Origin: Longimicrobiales bacterium
GTDB lineage: Bacteria; Gemmatimonadota; Gemmatimonadetes; Longimicrobiales; Gaopeijiaceae
Length of the DNA stretch: 64,000 nucleotides
Direction: 5' to 3'
NCBI GenBank assembly: GCA_965198065.1
Contig: CBDAON010000004.1
Span: forward strand, 2,432,001-2,496,000
Positions 1 to 9,140 of the stretch are shown in pieces (position 1 is the first letter of the stretch; each line of letters begins with the position of its first letter). The notes under the pieces were generated by a model. The model saw only the letters and a list, made by a program, of their open reading frames with translations. It had not been told where the DNA came from and did not search any database. Position numbers and translations under genes: made by a program.

Positions 1-135
1 CCGGAAGGTGACCGACTCGTCGGGCCCGATCGTCTCGAACTGGACCTCGCGACCCTCTAGGTCGACGGTGGCGATGCCCATCATGCGCCGGTTCTGGACC
101 GGATCCGTGACGCGGAAGAGGCTGGTGTAGAACCC
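1..135 (-). pseudogene. Inverted internal fragment of a QhpB-like beta-propeller gene
   Basis: Minus strand reads GFYTSLFRVTDPVQNRRMMGIATVDLEGREVQFETIGPDESVTFR without stops, plausibly the segment missing after SPYQ in the + strand gene; junction carries the inverted repeat GTAGAA...TTCTAC. Confidence 0.6.
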
Positions 136-136
136 G

Positions 137-807
137 CGTTTCTACGTGCGGGACGCCACGAGCGAGCAGGTCGAGATCGTGGACATCGCAGGGAAGCGGT
201 CCATCGGCTCCTTCACATTGAGCAGCGGAAACACCAGCGTCCGGATCAACGGCCTCGTGCCGAGCCCGGACGACAGCTACGCGATCCTCTTCACGCGCGC
301 CTACACCCGGCTCCCCGATCGCTATCGCATTGGAGACCCGGTCATCCTCAAGTACGACCTGGAGAGACGGGAGGTCATCGACACGATTAGCATCGCGGGC
401 GAATCTGACCGGAGCAGGGGCAATATCATCTTTTCGGACAGCGGTGAGTCGGCCTACTTCTTCGCCGAGGGGGACGTCCTGGTCCTCGAGACCGAGGGTT
501 TCACCGAGGTGGACCGCTGGGAGATCTCCCAGCCCTACGAGCCCGGCCTCGGGACCTTGGACCTGAGCTTCTCGCAGAGTCCGTATCAGGCCCGGGACGC
601 GTGGAGCGCCGGGCCACCTTCCAGGGCCGCTCCCGCATGTCGCTCGAGGTCAGCTCGGACGGGCGGTACCTCTACATCCAAAATGCCGGCAACACGATCG
701 ACATTTACGATGCCGGGACGTACGAGCACGTGCACCAGGTCGAGTTCGACGGTGACGTGACCGACTTCGTGATCATCCCGGCCGAAACCCCGCAAAGCGA
801 CCGCTAA
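137..807 (+). pseudogene. Quinohemoprotein amine dehydrogenase beta-subunit-like beta-propeller, 5'-truncated with internal break near 590
   Basis: ORFs 146-~590 and 601-807 show propeller motifs (PSPDDSYAIL, SSDGRYLYI, IDIYDAGTYE); directly upstream of an ABC exporter and a short subtilisin, as in qhp clusters. Confidence 0.6.
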
Positions 808-823
808 GCGGTCCTCCAGTCCT

Positions 824-2578
824 TTGGGACCCTCGGACCTCCGCCGGGCGTTCCGGTATCTCCTTCCCTACCGGTGGGGCCTGGTCTTCGTGCTGGTCGT
901 GAGCCTCGCGGGCACGGCCATCTCGCTCTATCTGCCGCTCCTTTCAAGGGGCCTGGTGGACGATGCGCTTCTCGGACAGGACATGCAGGCCCTCTTCCGC
1001 ATCGTGCTCCTCTTTCTGGCGATCCCAGTCGCCAGCTTCGTGCTCAACGTGGCCGCGTCGCTCATCTACACGAAGCTCTCCGCCGAGGTGCTTTTCGACA
1101 TGCGGGTGGACGTCTATCGGCACCTCCAGAGCCTCTCGCCCCGCTTTTACGCGGGCCGTGCGCTGGGCGACATCGTCTCCCGACTGAACAGCGACGTCGC
1201 CGAGATCCAGCGCATCGTGGCAGAGACCGCGCTGGCGTGGGTGACCAACACCGCCTTCCTCGTGGGCTCGGTCGCCATGCTCGTCTACCTGGATTGGCGC
1301 ACCTTCCTGGTGAGCATCGTGGTCCTTCCGCCGAGCATTGGGGTGCTCGTACGATACCGTAAGAAGCTCGAGGGGAGCGTGAGGAGGGTCCGCGAGCTGA
1401 GCGCCGATATCGGGAGCTTCCTCATCGAAACCATCCAGGGCATGAAGCTCGTGGTGGGCTCCAACGCGCAGCGGCGGGAGGTGGCGCGTTTTCGGGCCAA
1501 GAACGACGACTTCGTCCGGGCCCTCATGTCCATGCGGTGGCTCAGCTTCCTGGCGGGCGGGCTCCCCGGGCTGATCCTCATCGCCGGCACCTCGGCCGTC
1601 TTCCTCTACGGCGGCTCGCGGGTCATCGCGGGCGCGATCACGCTCGGGACGTTCGTGGCCTTCATGGCCTACCAGATGCGAGTCCTGATGCCGGTTCGCG
1701 GGCTCATGAACCTTTACGCGAGCCTGGCCGCGGCCAAGGTGTCGCTCCGGCGGGTGAACGAGCTGCTCGAGACCCCGCCGGAGGTCGTCGATCCGGAGGT
1801 GCCCGTCCAGCTCGAAGTGGCGAGGGGTGAGGTAGAGCTGGTGGACGTCACGCTCTCCTTCGGTCGGGGTGGGTCCGTGCTCACGGGGGTGAACCTGGCG
1901 GTGGGCTCGGGAGAGACGGTGGCGATCGTGGGCCCCAGCGGGAGCGGCAAGTCCACGATCGTCGACCTCATGGTCCGTCAGCTCGACCCCGACGAGGGCG
2001 CGATCCTACTGGACGGGCACGACCTGCGCACCCTGAGCCTCGAGGACCTGCGCCGACACGTCGTCCTGGTCGAGCAGGAGCCCTACGTGTTCCACGCGAC
2101 CGTGGCCGAGAACATCCGCTACGGGAGACCGGAGGCCGGCGACGAGGAGGTGCGGGAGGCCGCTCGGTCGGCGGGTCTCGCGGAGTTCATCGAGGATCTC
2201 CCCGACGGGTACGATACGGAGGTGGGTGTGAGAGGGATGACGCTCTCTGCGGGGGAGAGACAGCGGCTCGCGATCGCCCGGGCGTTTCTGGCCGACCCCG
2301 CGGTGCTGGTTCTGGACGAGGCCACGGTGAACCTCGATCCTGCCGCAGAAGAGCGAGTCATCGCCGGCTATCGGGCCGTCATGCGTGGCCGGACCACCAT
2401 CCTCATCACCCATCGCCTGGACCTGGCGCGAGCGGCGGACCGGGTAGTCGTGATCGACGGGGGTCGGGCGGTGGAGACGGGTCCGCCGGAAGCGCTCCTC
2501 GAGAAGCGGAGAGCCTTTTTCCGGATCTTCTCGGGGGAAGCCGGAGCCCGCGATGTGGCGGCGCGCTCGGGGGGATGA
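824..2578 (+). CDS. ABC exporter, fused permease/ATPase (QhpF-like)
   Basis: Hydrophobic N-terminal domain, Walker A GPSGSGKST, signature LSAGERQR, Walker B VLVLDEAT. Confidence 0.92.
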   Translation: MGPSDLRRAFRYLLPYRWGLVFVLVVSLAGTAISLYLPLLSRGLVDDALLGQDMQALFRIVLLFLAIPVASFVLNVAASLIYTKLSAEVLFDMRVDVYRHLQSLSPRFYAGRALGDIVSRLNSDVAEIQRIVAETALAWVTNTAFLVGSVAMLVYLDWRTFLVSIVVLPPSIGVLVRYRKKLEGSVRRVRELSADIGSFLIETIQGMKLVVGSNAQRREVARFRAKNDDFVRALMSMRWLSFLAGGLPGLILIAGTSAVFLYGGSRVIAGAITLGTFVAFMAYQMRVLMPVRGLMNLYASLAAAKVSLRRVNELLETPPEVVDPEVPVQLEVARGEVELVDVTLSFGRGGSVLTGVNLAVGSGETVAIVGPSGSGKSTIVDLMVRQLDPDEGAILLDGHDLRTLSLEDLRRHVVLVEQEPYVFHATVAENIRYGRPEAGDEEVREAARSAGLAEFIEDLPDGYDTEVGVRGMTLSAGERQRLAIARAFLADPAVLVLDEATVNLDPAAEERVIAGYRAVMRGRTTILITHRLDLARAADRVVVIDGGRAVETGPPEALLEKRRAFFRIFSGEAGARDVAARSGG

Positions 2579-2579
2579 G

Positions 2580-3329
2580 GTGGGGGTGAGGGGCCACCGA
2601 ACTCTCACCCTCGAGCACCCGCTGCTCCGGGGGTCGAGCGGGCGGGGGGTGAGGGTGGCGGTCATCGACAGCGGAGCGCACGCCGCGCATCCGCACGTGG
2701 GAAGGGTGGTGGGGGGCGTCGAGATCGGAGAGGACGGGGAGGTCGGCTCGGACTTCGTCGACCGGCTCGGGCACGGCACGGCCGTCGCGGCGGCAATCCT
2801 CGAGAAGGCGCCCGACGCCGAGATCTTCGCGGTAAAGGTCTTCCGTGGTAGGCTGGCAACCACGGCTCAGGCCATCCTTGGGGCGATCGACTGGGCGGTG
2901 GACCAGGGGATCGGGCTCATCAATGTGAGCCTTGGGACCGTGGAGGAGGCGCACCGGGACGCGATGGCCGCAGCCGTCGAGCGCGCGAGAGGCGCGGGCT
3001 CGCTCATCGTCTCGCCGGCCGAGCACGAGGGGAGACGCTGGCTTCCCGGGAGCCTTCCCGGTGTCATCGGCGTGCTCCTCGACTGGGAATGCTCCAGGGA
3101 CGAGCTCCGCATCCTCTCCGGAGAAGGCGATTCGGTGCGCCTCGCGGCCTCGGGCTATCCCCGCCCGATCCCCGGGGTAAGCCCGGAGCTGAACCTCAAA
3201 GGCGTAAGCTTCGCCGCCGCCAATGTGACCGGTTTCCTGGCGAGGGCGATCGAGGAGCGGGAGGGTGGACGGGGGCGGCTCCGTTCGTCACCGCCGCTCC
3301 CGGATCTCCTCGAACGGTTGAGGGAATGA
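2580..3329 (+). CDS. S8 subtilisin-like serine protease with no obvious signal/propeptide (QhpE-like)
   Basis: Catalytic motifs VAVIDSG, HGT, GVSFAA; about 250 aa; qhp-like context. Confidence 0.85.
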   Translation: MGVRGHRTLTLEHPLLRGSSGRGVRVAVIDSGAHAAHPHVGRVVGGVEIGEDGEVGSDFVDRLGHGTAVAAAILEKAPDAEIFAVKVFRGRLATTAQAILGAIDWAVDQGIGLINVSLGTVEEAHRDAMAAAVERARGAGSLIVSPAEHEGRRWLPGSLPGVIGVLLDWECSRDELRILSGEGDSVRLAASGYPRPIPGVSPELNLKGVSFAAANVTGFLARAIEEREGGRGRLRSSPPLPDLLERLRE

Positions 3330-3469
3330 AGAAGCCATTGGTCTTCGTAAGGCGGCCAGAGCGAAGCAGCTTCGATATAATGTCTAAGCCGCGTAGGGCT
3401 CAATCGGAAAGAGGCCGTGCGACGTCCAGCACCTGTCAGTAACCCGTCATCACTTGAAAGGGGGGCGAC

Positions 3470-3939
3470 ATGAGAAGCGCGATCTTCGCAGCCACTGTCC
3501 TCTTCGTGCTCGGCAGTCCGGCGCATGCCCAGCAGACTCAGCCGCCCTGCGGCCCGGCCGTTCAACTGCCGAGCGAGTTCTCCACGAATGTGGCAGCGGA
3601 CTCGCGCTGCTTCGAGATCCGGATGTACACGGCCGATACGTCGCGCGACGGCGTCGGCGATTACGAGCGTGCTATCGACGAGCTGCATCAGCGCTTCGAG
3701 AGCAAGAGGTCGCGATATTCGAGAAGCACGGCGCGGAGGTCGTCGCTGTATGGCAGAGCCTCGAGGACTCCAACACCTTGATCTGGATGCTGGCGTATCG
3801 TGACCGCGCCCATCGGGAAGAGGTCTGGGCAGCCTTTCGTGCCGATCCGGAGTGGACCGCTCTCCGAGCGAAATACCCGGTGGGTGTCAGTAGCCAGGTC
3901 TTCATGATGAGCGCGTCCGACTATTCGGCGCTCAAGTAG
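3470..3939 (+). CDS. Secreted NIPSNAP-family protein (frameshift near 3700)
   Basis: Signal peptide, FEIRMY motif, second frame FEKHGAEVVAVW...WAAFRADPEW; TATAAT at 3377 upstream. Confidence 0.75.
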
Positions 3940-4030
3940 GGCCTGGCCCACATCTTCGCGGGGATGTTGGAGCGTTTCTAGCGCTTAACCAGAGGCGCTA
4001 CGTCTTCTTGCCGCCTCCCTGAGCGCCCAG

Positions 4031-5464
4031 GAGTCAATCCCAAAGTTAGTTGAAACTGGAGCGGCCTCCGTCTCAGGCGACAGCATGTGAACGGCTCTCG
4101 GGAAGGGTGATCCCGAGGTCCTTCTGGATCGCGGCCCTGAGGAGCGGGAGGTGTCGGTACCCGAGCAACCTCCGGAGCCGTGACTAGATCTCCAGGAGCG
4201 TGGTCGCGAGCCATCGGTGCTTCTGGCTCGAGTTCTTCCAGTGGTCCACGCGTCCGCACCTCTGCTCGGCCAGGGCGTTCACGGACTCGAGCACGTTGGT
4301 GGTCTTGAGCGACTGGCCGACCAGGGGGAAGACTCCCAACCGGTGGAGGGTGAGGGTCTCCTCGAACCCCTCATCGAGACTGGCCGCCGCGGACTGGTTC
4401 ACCCCCGCGAGCTCCTGGCGCAGGGCCTTGAGGTCCTTGACGGCCTCTTCGTACGTGGGCCGCTGGTAGGCGCGCTGCAGACGCTGGCGCCAGCCCTTCT
4501 GCTCCGCTCTCGGCAGATACGAGATCACGTTCTCCCGCTTGTGCCACTGGCACCGCTGGATGAGCACCTGTCCCTTGAAGACCGCCAGGACGCCGCTCCG
4601 GAGACCGCGGGCTCCATCGATCACCACGAGCGCTCCGGCCGACAGGTCGAGACCTCGGTCCTTCAGACTCCGAAGGAAGGATCGGATCACCACGGCGTTC
4701 TCCGTGTCGGTCTGGACGAACCCGAGGAAGACCTTGTCCCCCTTGGTCGTCACCCCGAGCGCGACGACCATCTCGTCCTCGGCAAAGCTCTTGCCGTCCA
4801 GGACGAGTGCCACCCCACGTCGTAACCCGAGAGGTCCCGCTCCTGAAACTCCTTCAGCTTCGCGGCCGTGGCCTTCTTGAACTCCCGCGAGACCGTCGAC
4901 TTCGACAGCCCGATGGCTCCAGGCACCGCCTCGACCGCTGCCTCGTAGTCCCGGCACGAGATCCCGAGCAGCACCTTCCGAAACAGCCCCTCGTCCATCT
5001 CGCCGGGCGAGCCATGCAGCTGCTCATACGCCGCCAGCCTCGACTCTCCGGCCGGGCCTCGCACCCGCGGTACTCGCACCGGATGCCGCTGGCCGCCCAA
5101 CCGCACCGACCCTGGGTTATGCCCATGCCGGCAATGTCGATCGTCCTCGGTCTTCCTGGCGTGACGTTGCCCCGCCAGTTGCTCCACTTCCTCCTCGAGC
5201 ATCCGGCCCACCTCCGCCAGTCCCAGCGGAATCAGCTGCCGGATCAGCTCCACCCGAGGGTCCAGCTCCAGCGCCTCGATCTCCTCCCAACTCACCTCCC
5301 TCGGTTCCCCGAGCCGCCGGTCCTTCTTGCCCCCGCTCGACGAGCCTTGGCATCCTTCCCATCGGTGGCCTCCTTCCTCTCTTGTGATCCCGTGGTGTGG
5401 TCGCACACCCACGTTACCTGAGGTTGGAGGCCGCTTCAATTTCAACTAAAGATGGGACTCACTC
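4031..5464 (-). mobile_element. IS256-family (Mutator-type) insertion sequence, copy 1; transposase disrupted
   Basis: ~39-bp imperfect terminal IRs (GAGTGAGTCCCATCTTTAGTTGAAATTGAAGCGGCCTCC / GAGTCAATCCCAAAGTTAGTTGAAACTGGAGCGGCCTCC); motifs VIDGARGL, QRCQWHKRENV, TTNVLES; frameshifts and TAG at 4184; near-identical to 25112-26546. Confidence 0.92.
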
Positions 5465-5700
5465 CCCCGTTGCCCTTCTCGCGTTGATCTCACCCGACGA
5501 GCGCTGGTCAACGAAGGTCTCCCACTCCCGCAGGGTGATGCTGTGCGCATCGCGGTTCGGACCGAGGAAGCGCCGCCACATGTCGGCTTGGTGACGGTCG
5601 GCCTTCTGCTGACGCGGACTCTTTCGAGGTGTGCGGTGCTTCAGGTAGAGATCTAACACCTGGCCCAGTGGGCCCGGTCGGACCTATACCCGACAGGCTC
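5465..5700 (-). pseudogene. Tyrosine integrase N-terminal/core-binding fragment, cut by flanking IS elements
   Basis: LDLYLKHRTPRKS...ADMWRRFLG...ITLREWETFVDQR resembles phage integrase core-binding segments; ends at the IS256 IR. Confidence 0.5.
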
Positions 5701-6204
5701 CCAACTACGTGCGGTCCTGAGGTGATCTACCCCCCTAAAACGAGACCGAGTCCAGTTTTAGAATCTGGACGGGGTCAAGACACGAAAGGGGAGGGCACAA
5801 TGGCCGCACCAAAGAGGCTGAGTCCGGCACAGATCATCAACCGGCTACGCAAGGCAGAGGTGGCCCTGGCGAACGGCAATACGACCAAAGAGGTGTGGCG
5901 AGACCTGGGGGTGAGCGAGCAAACGTACTACCGATGGCGGCGGGAGTACGGGGGAATGAAGCTGAGCCAGGCGAAGCGTCTCAAGGAGCTCGAGGGAAGG
6001 AGAACCAACAGCTGAAGCGGGTGGTGGCAGAGCTGACGCTGGACAAGCTGATCTTGAAGGAAGCCTCCGAGGGAAACTTCTAAGCCCCGAGCGGCGCAGA
6101 CGCTGCGTGGTGCAAGTACGCCAGCGGCTTGGGGTGAGTGAGCGCAAGGCGTGCCGGGTGTTGGGCCGGTAATTGTATACTTGCCGCACAGGCGGGGGAG
6201 GGCA

Positions 6205-6378
6205 TTATATTTCTTTCATGGATGACGCATCGTTAGTCTTGGGCTTCTTTTCGAGGGTCGCGTCGATGGTTCTCATTACCTGCTTCCCGAATACCTTCTC
6301 CATGATCTCGCGGCCCGTTTTCTCGCCGATATCTCGGGGCACCGTACGCCGCCGCTTCTTCTTGGGAGTGTGAGTCAT
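6205..6378 (-). CDS. Small basic protein in IS1595 (MTHTPKKKRRR..., 57 aa)
   Basis: Protein-like ORF whose ATG shares the CATG at 6376-6379 with the transposase start. Confidence 0.5.
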   Translation of the reverse strand: MTHTPKKKRRRTVPRDIGEKTGREIMEKVFGKQVMRTIDATLEKKPKTNDASSMKEI

Positions 6379-7264
6379 GAGCAGCGTCAACCTCCTGACG
6401 TTAATGGATCGATACAACAACGATGCGAAGTGCCGTGACGCACTGGAGCGCATCCGCTGGCCGTCCGGGGTAGCCTGCCTACGGTGCGGTGACATGGACG
6501 TAGGAGAGATCGAGAGCCGGAACCAGTTTTGCTGCCGTTCATGCGACTATCGGTTCAGCGTGACGTCCGGCACGATCATGCACCGGTCTCACCTGCCGCT
6601 CCGAACGTGGTTCTTGACCATCTACCTCATGTGCGAGAGCAAGAAGGGGATGAGCGCCAACCAGCTCAAGCGCACATTGGGCGTCACCTACAAGACGGCA
6701 TGGTACCTGTGCCACCGCATCCGTGAGGCCATGGGCAACGATCCGTTCACCGGTCCCACCCTGGTCGGAGTCGTCGAGGTGGACGAGACCGTGGTCGGCG
6801 GCAAGCGCACGGGCGAGAACTGGCGCGACAACAAGCACTGGGTGGCCGGAGCCATCGAACGCGGGGGCCGCGTCCGCATCGAGCGTATCCCGAACATCAG
6901 GAAGAACACGCTCCATGCCTTCATCCGTCGTGCCGTGAAAGACGAGGCCGAGGCGATCTACACCGACGACCTCAAGTCCTACATCGGCATCGGCGACCAC
7001 GACACCCGCCACGAGACGGTCAACCACTCCGCCGAGGAATGGGTGATCGGTGACGTGCACACCAACAGCATCGAGGGCGTCTGGAGCCTGTTCAAGCGCT
7101 CTATCGTCGGCACCTTCCACAAGATGAGCGTCAAGCATATGGACCGCTACCTCGAAGAGCTGGAATGGAGGTTCAACAACAGGCACAACCCCTATGTATT
7201 CCCCGACACTCTCCGCCGCATCATGCACACCGATCCCCTGGAGTACCGCACCCTGGTAGCCTGA
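6377..7264 (+). CDS. IS1595-family transposase
   Basis: Zn ribbon (CLRCG...CRSC), HTH, VEVDET, IYTDD, HTNSIEGVW, YLEELEWRFN. Confidence 0.95.
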   Translation: MSSVNLLTLMDRYNNDAKCRDALERIRWPSGVACLRCGDMDVGEIESRNQFCCRSCDYRFSVTSGTIMHRSHLPLRTWFLTIYLMCESKKGMSANQLKRTLGVTYKTAWYLCHRIREAMGNDPFTGPTLVGVVEVDETVVGGKRTGENWRDNKHWVAGAIERGGRVRIERIPNIRKNTLHAFIRRAVKDEAEAIYTDDLKSYIGIGDHDTRHETVNHSAEEWVIGDVHTNSIEGVWSLFKRSIVGTFHKMSVKHMDRYLEELEWRFNNRHNPYVFPDTLRRIMHTDPLEYRTLVA

Positions 7265-7270
7265 ACCTAC

Positions 7271-7299
7271 TTGCGTTGTGCTCCAACGCGCTATACCCT
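7271..7299 (+). promoter_or_regulatory. Putative sigma70 promoter for IS1595 cargo RNA/gene
   Basis: TTGCGT-17 nt-TACCCT directly before the structured segment. Confidence 0.5.
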
Positions 7300-7300
7300 T

Positions 7301-7457
7301 CCCGCACGGCACAATCATGCAGGTATCCGAGTCGGGTTACCTGCTGAATACAACAGCCGGATGATCGGTCGGGAATAGCTACCCCGGCCCCGGCGAATAG
7401 GCGGGACCTCTCCGCATTGTCTGCGTGATTGTGCCAATGGCCCGGCGCCATTGCGGG
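7301..7457 (+). ncRNA. Putative structured RNA or 5' leader of unknown class
   Basis: Nested complementarity: 7301-06/7452-57, 7308-22/7421-35 (15 bp), 7356-60/7390-94, 7367-73/7383-89, 7401-04/7412-15, 7436-41/7447-52; alternative hairpin 7319-25/7338-44. Confidence 0.55.
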
Positions 7458-7492
7458 TGCCGGATTCGCCCCCACCAATTTTAGGAAAGGCC

Positions 7493-7756
7493 ATGCCAGA
7501 GCCACGTCTCCGGAACGTCGATTCCGAGAATCACCTGGAGCAACTTGTCGAGGACTTCATAACGCAGGGTTACGATGTGCTTAACCGTGGCGAGAATAGC
7601 ACACTTGTACGAAAGAAGACCTACGGCTCCGGAGCGACTCATCTCGTGGTCTTTCTTCTCACGGTGTGGTGGACGTTTGGCATCGGCAACCTGCTCTATG
7701 CCATCATCGCTCATAGTCGAGCTGAAAAGGTTCTGGTTCGCATTCGCGAATTATAA
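7493..7756 (+). CDS. Small membrane protein (87 aa), IS1595 passenger
   Basis: SD AGGAAAGG; soluble N-half (EDFITQGYDV) then hydrophobic hairpin (HLVVFLLTVWWTFGIGNLLYAII). Confidence 0.8.
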   Translation: MPEPRLRNVDSENHLEQLVEDFITQGYDVLNRGENSTLVRKKTYGSGATHLVVFLLTVWWTFGIGNLLYAIIAHSRAEKVLVRIREL

Positions 7757-7786
7757 GCCCCTAGACTAGGATCCTTCGCCAGCCCG

Positions 7787-8242
7787 TCACAGGTCTCCCC
7801 TGTGCCGGATCAGAAGTTTGCCCATGTTTGATTCCAACCAGACCCGAAGCCGCTCCCTGTTGTAGGTGCCCTCACTGAGCATAGCTCCGGGGCTACTCTC
7901 AAACTTCTTTAAGATCTCGAAGCGAACGCTCATCTTGACCGCTGGTTTCATGCCGATGGTGGCGTGTTGTAGATAATTGTCAATAATCGCACCGGCAGTA
8001 ATGTAGTCCGCTGTGCCGTCCGGCTTAGGATGTTTCCGTGACCTTTGAAGTCTTCCCCAAGTAAACAACAAGACGCCCAGCAGGACCGCAAAAGGCGCAA
8101 ATTCGGTGTAGAGGTTCATTGGCTCGAGCCACGCTGCCCACGCGCCTCCATCGTCGATGAGGCCAGGGATGCCCCAAATCCCGAAGACGATACCGATCCA
8201 TTCCCATGGCCCGCGTGGCCGCCAACTCGCCTTTCGCCGCAT
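7787..8242 (-). CDS. Hypothetical membrane protein, IS1595 passenger
   Basis: 151-aa ORF, two N-terminal hydrophobic segments, lower GC, preceded by a promoter in the IR. Confidence 0.65.
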   Translation of the reverse strand: MRRKASWRPRGPWEWIGIVFGIWGIPGLIDDGGAWAAWLEPMNLYTEFAPFAVLLGVLLFTWGRLQRSRKHPKPDGTADYITAGAIIDNYLQHATIGMKPAVKMSVRFEILKKFESSPGAMLSEGTYNRERLRVWLESNMGKLLIRHRGDL

Positions 8243-8248
8243 CCAGGC

Positions 8249-8277
8249 ACTTTAACCGCATCCATGCTGTGCGTCAA
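8249..8277 (-). promoter_or_regulatory. Inward promoter with -35 inside the right IR of IS1595
   Basis: TTGACG-17 nt-TAAAGT, 6 nt before the ATG at 8242 (leaderless-type spacing). Confidence 0.6.
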
Positions 8278-9140
8278 GTATACAATTACCGTTGGGCCAG
8301 GCACGCTCGACGCAGCGTCGGATACCGAAGCGAAGCGAAGATGAGGAGGTGCTGAGAGAGGACGTGGTGAAGGTGGCTCGCAGGTTCGGGCGCTGCGGGT
8401 ACCGGATGGTGACGGGGATGCTGAGGACGGAGGGCTGGGCCGTGAACCACAAGCGGGTGGAGCGGATCTGGAGACAGGAGGGGCTCAAGGTGCCAAGTAA
8501 GCAGCCGAAACGAGGGAAGGCTGTGGCTGACCGACGGTTCTTGTATCCGACTGCGGCCCCTGTACCGACACCATGTATGGGCGTATGACTTCGTGGCGGA
8601 CCGGACGCATGATGGACGGCCGCTCAAGATGCTGACGGTGCTGGATGAGTACAGCCGGGAGTGCCTGGCGATCGTGGTGACTCGCAGGCTTCAGGCGGAC
8701 GATGTTCTGCAGACGCTGAGCGAGCTGTTTGCCGAGCACGGTCCACCGGCGAATCTTCGCTCCGACAACGGTCCGGAGTTCACGGCCCGAGTGGTTCGGC
8801 AGTGGCTCGGTGAGCTAGGCGTGAAGACGCTGTTCATCGAGCCGGGCAGCCCGTGGGAGAACGGCTACAATGAGAGCTTTAACGGCACGCTCCGAAACGA
8901 GCTGCTGAAGCGCGAAATCTTCCATTCGCTGGAGGAGGCGAAGGTGCTGATCGAGCAGTGGCGGCGCGAATACAACACGCATCGACCGCACAGCTCTCTG
9001 GGTTATCGACCCCCGGCCCCCGAAGCGATCCGGCCAGACCCAAAGCTGCTCAACCTACCTCTGCTTCTTGGACCACCCCCCAGCCAAAAGGAGGTGCTTG
9101 GACTAACACTCTAGGTGGTACCGCTTTTGGGGGCAGGTCA

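Larger units (their letters stand above)
6168..8290 (+). mobile_element. IS1595-family transporter IS (tIS) with passenger genes
   Basis: 24-bp IRs GGTAATTGTATACTTG(C/A)CGCACAG; 8-bp target duplication GTTGGGCC at 6160-6167 and 8291-8298. Confidence 0.95.
5723..9140 (+). mobile_element. IS3-family (IS407-group-like) element, copy A, interrupted by IS1595
   Basis: Ends TGATCTACCCCC / GGGGGCAGGTCA; orfA from 5800 (HTH, VSEQTYYRWRREYGG); GGGAAAC frameshift window near 6072; orfB DDE motifs SDNGPEF and WENGYNESFNG ending 9114. Confidence 0.92.
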
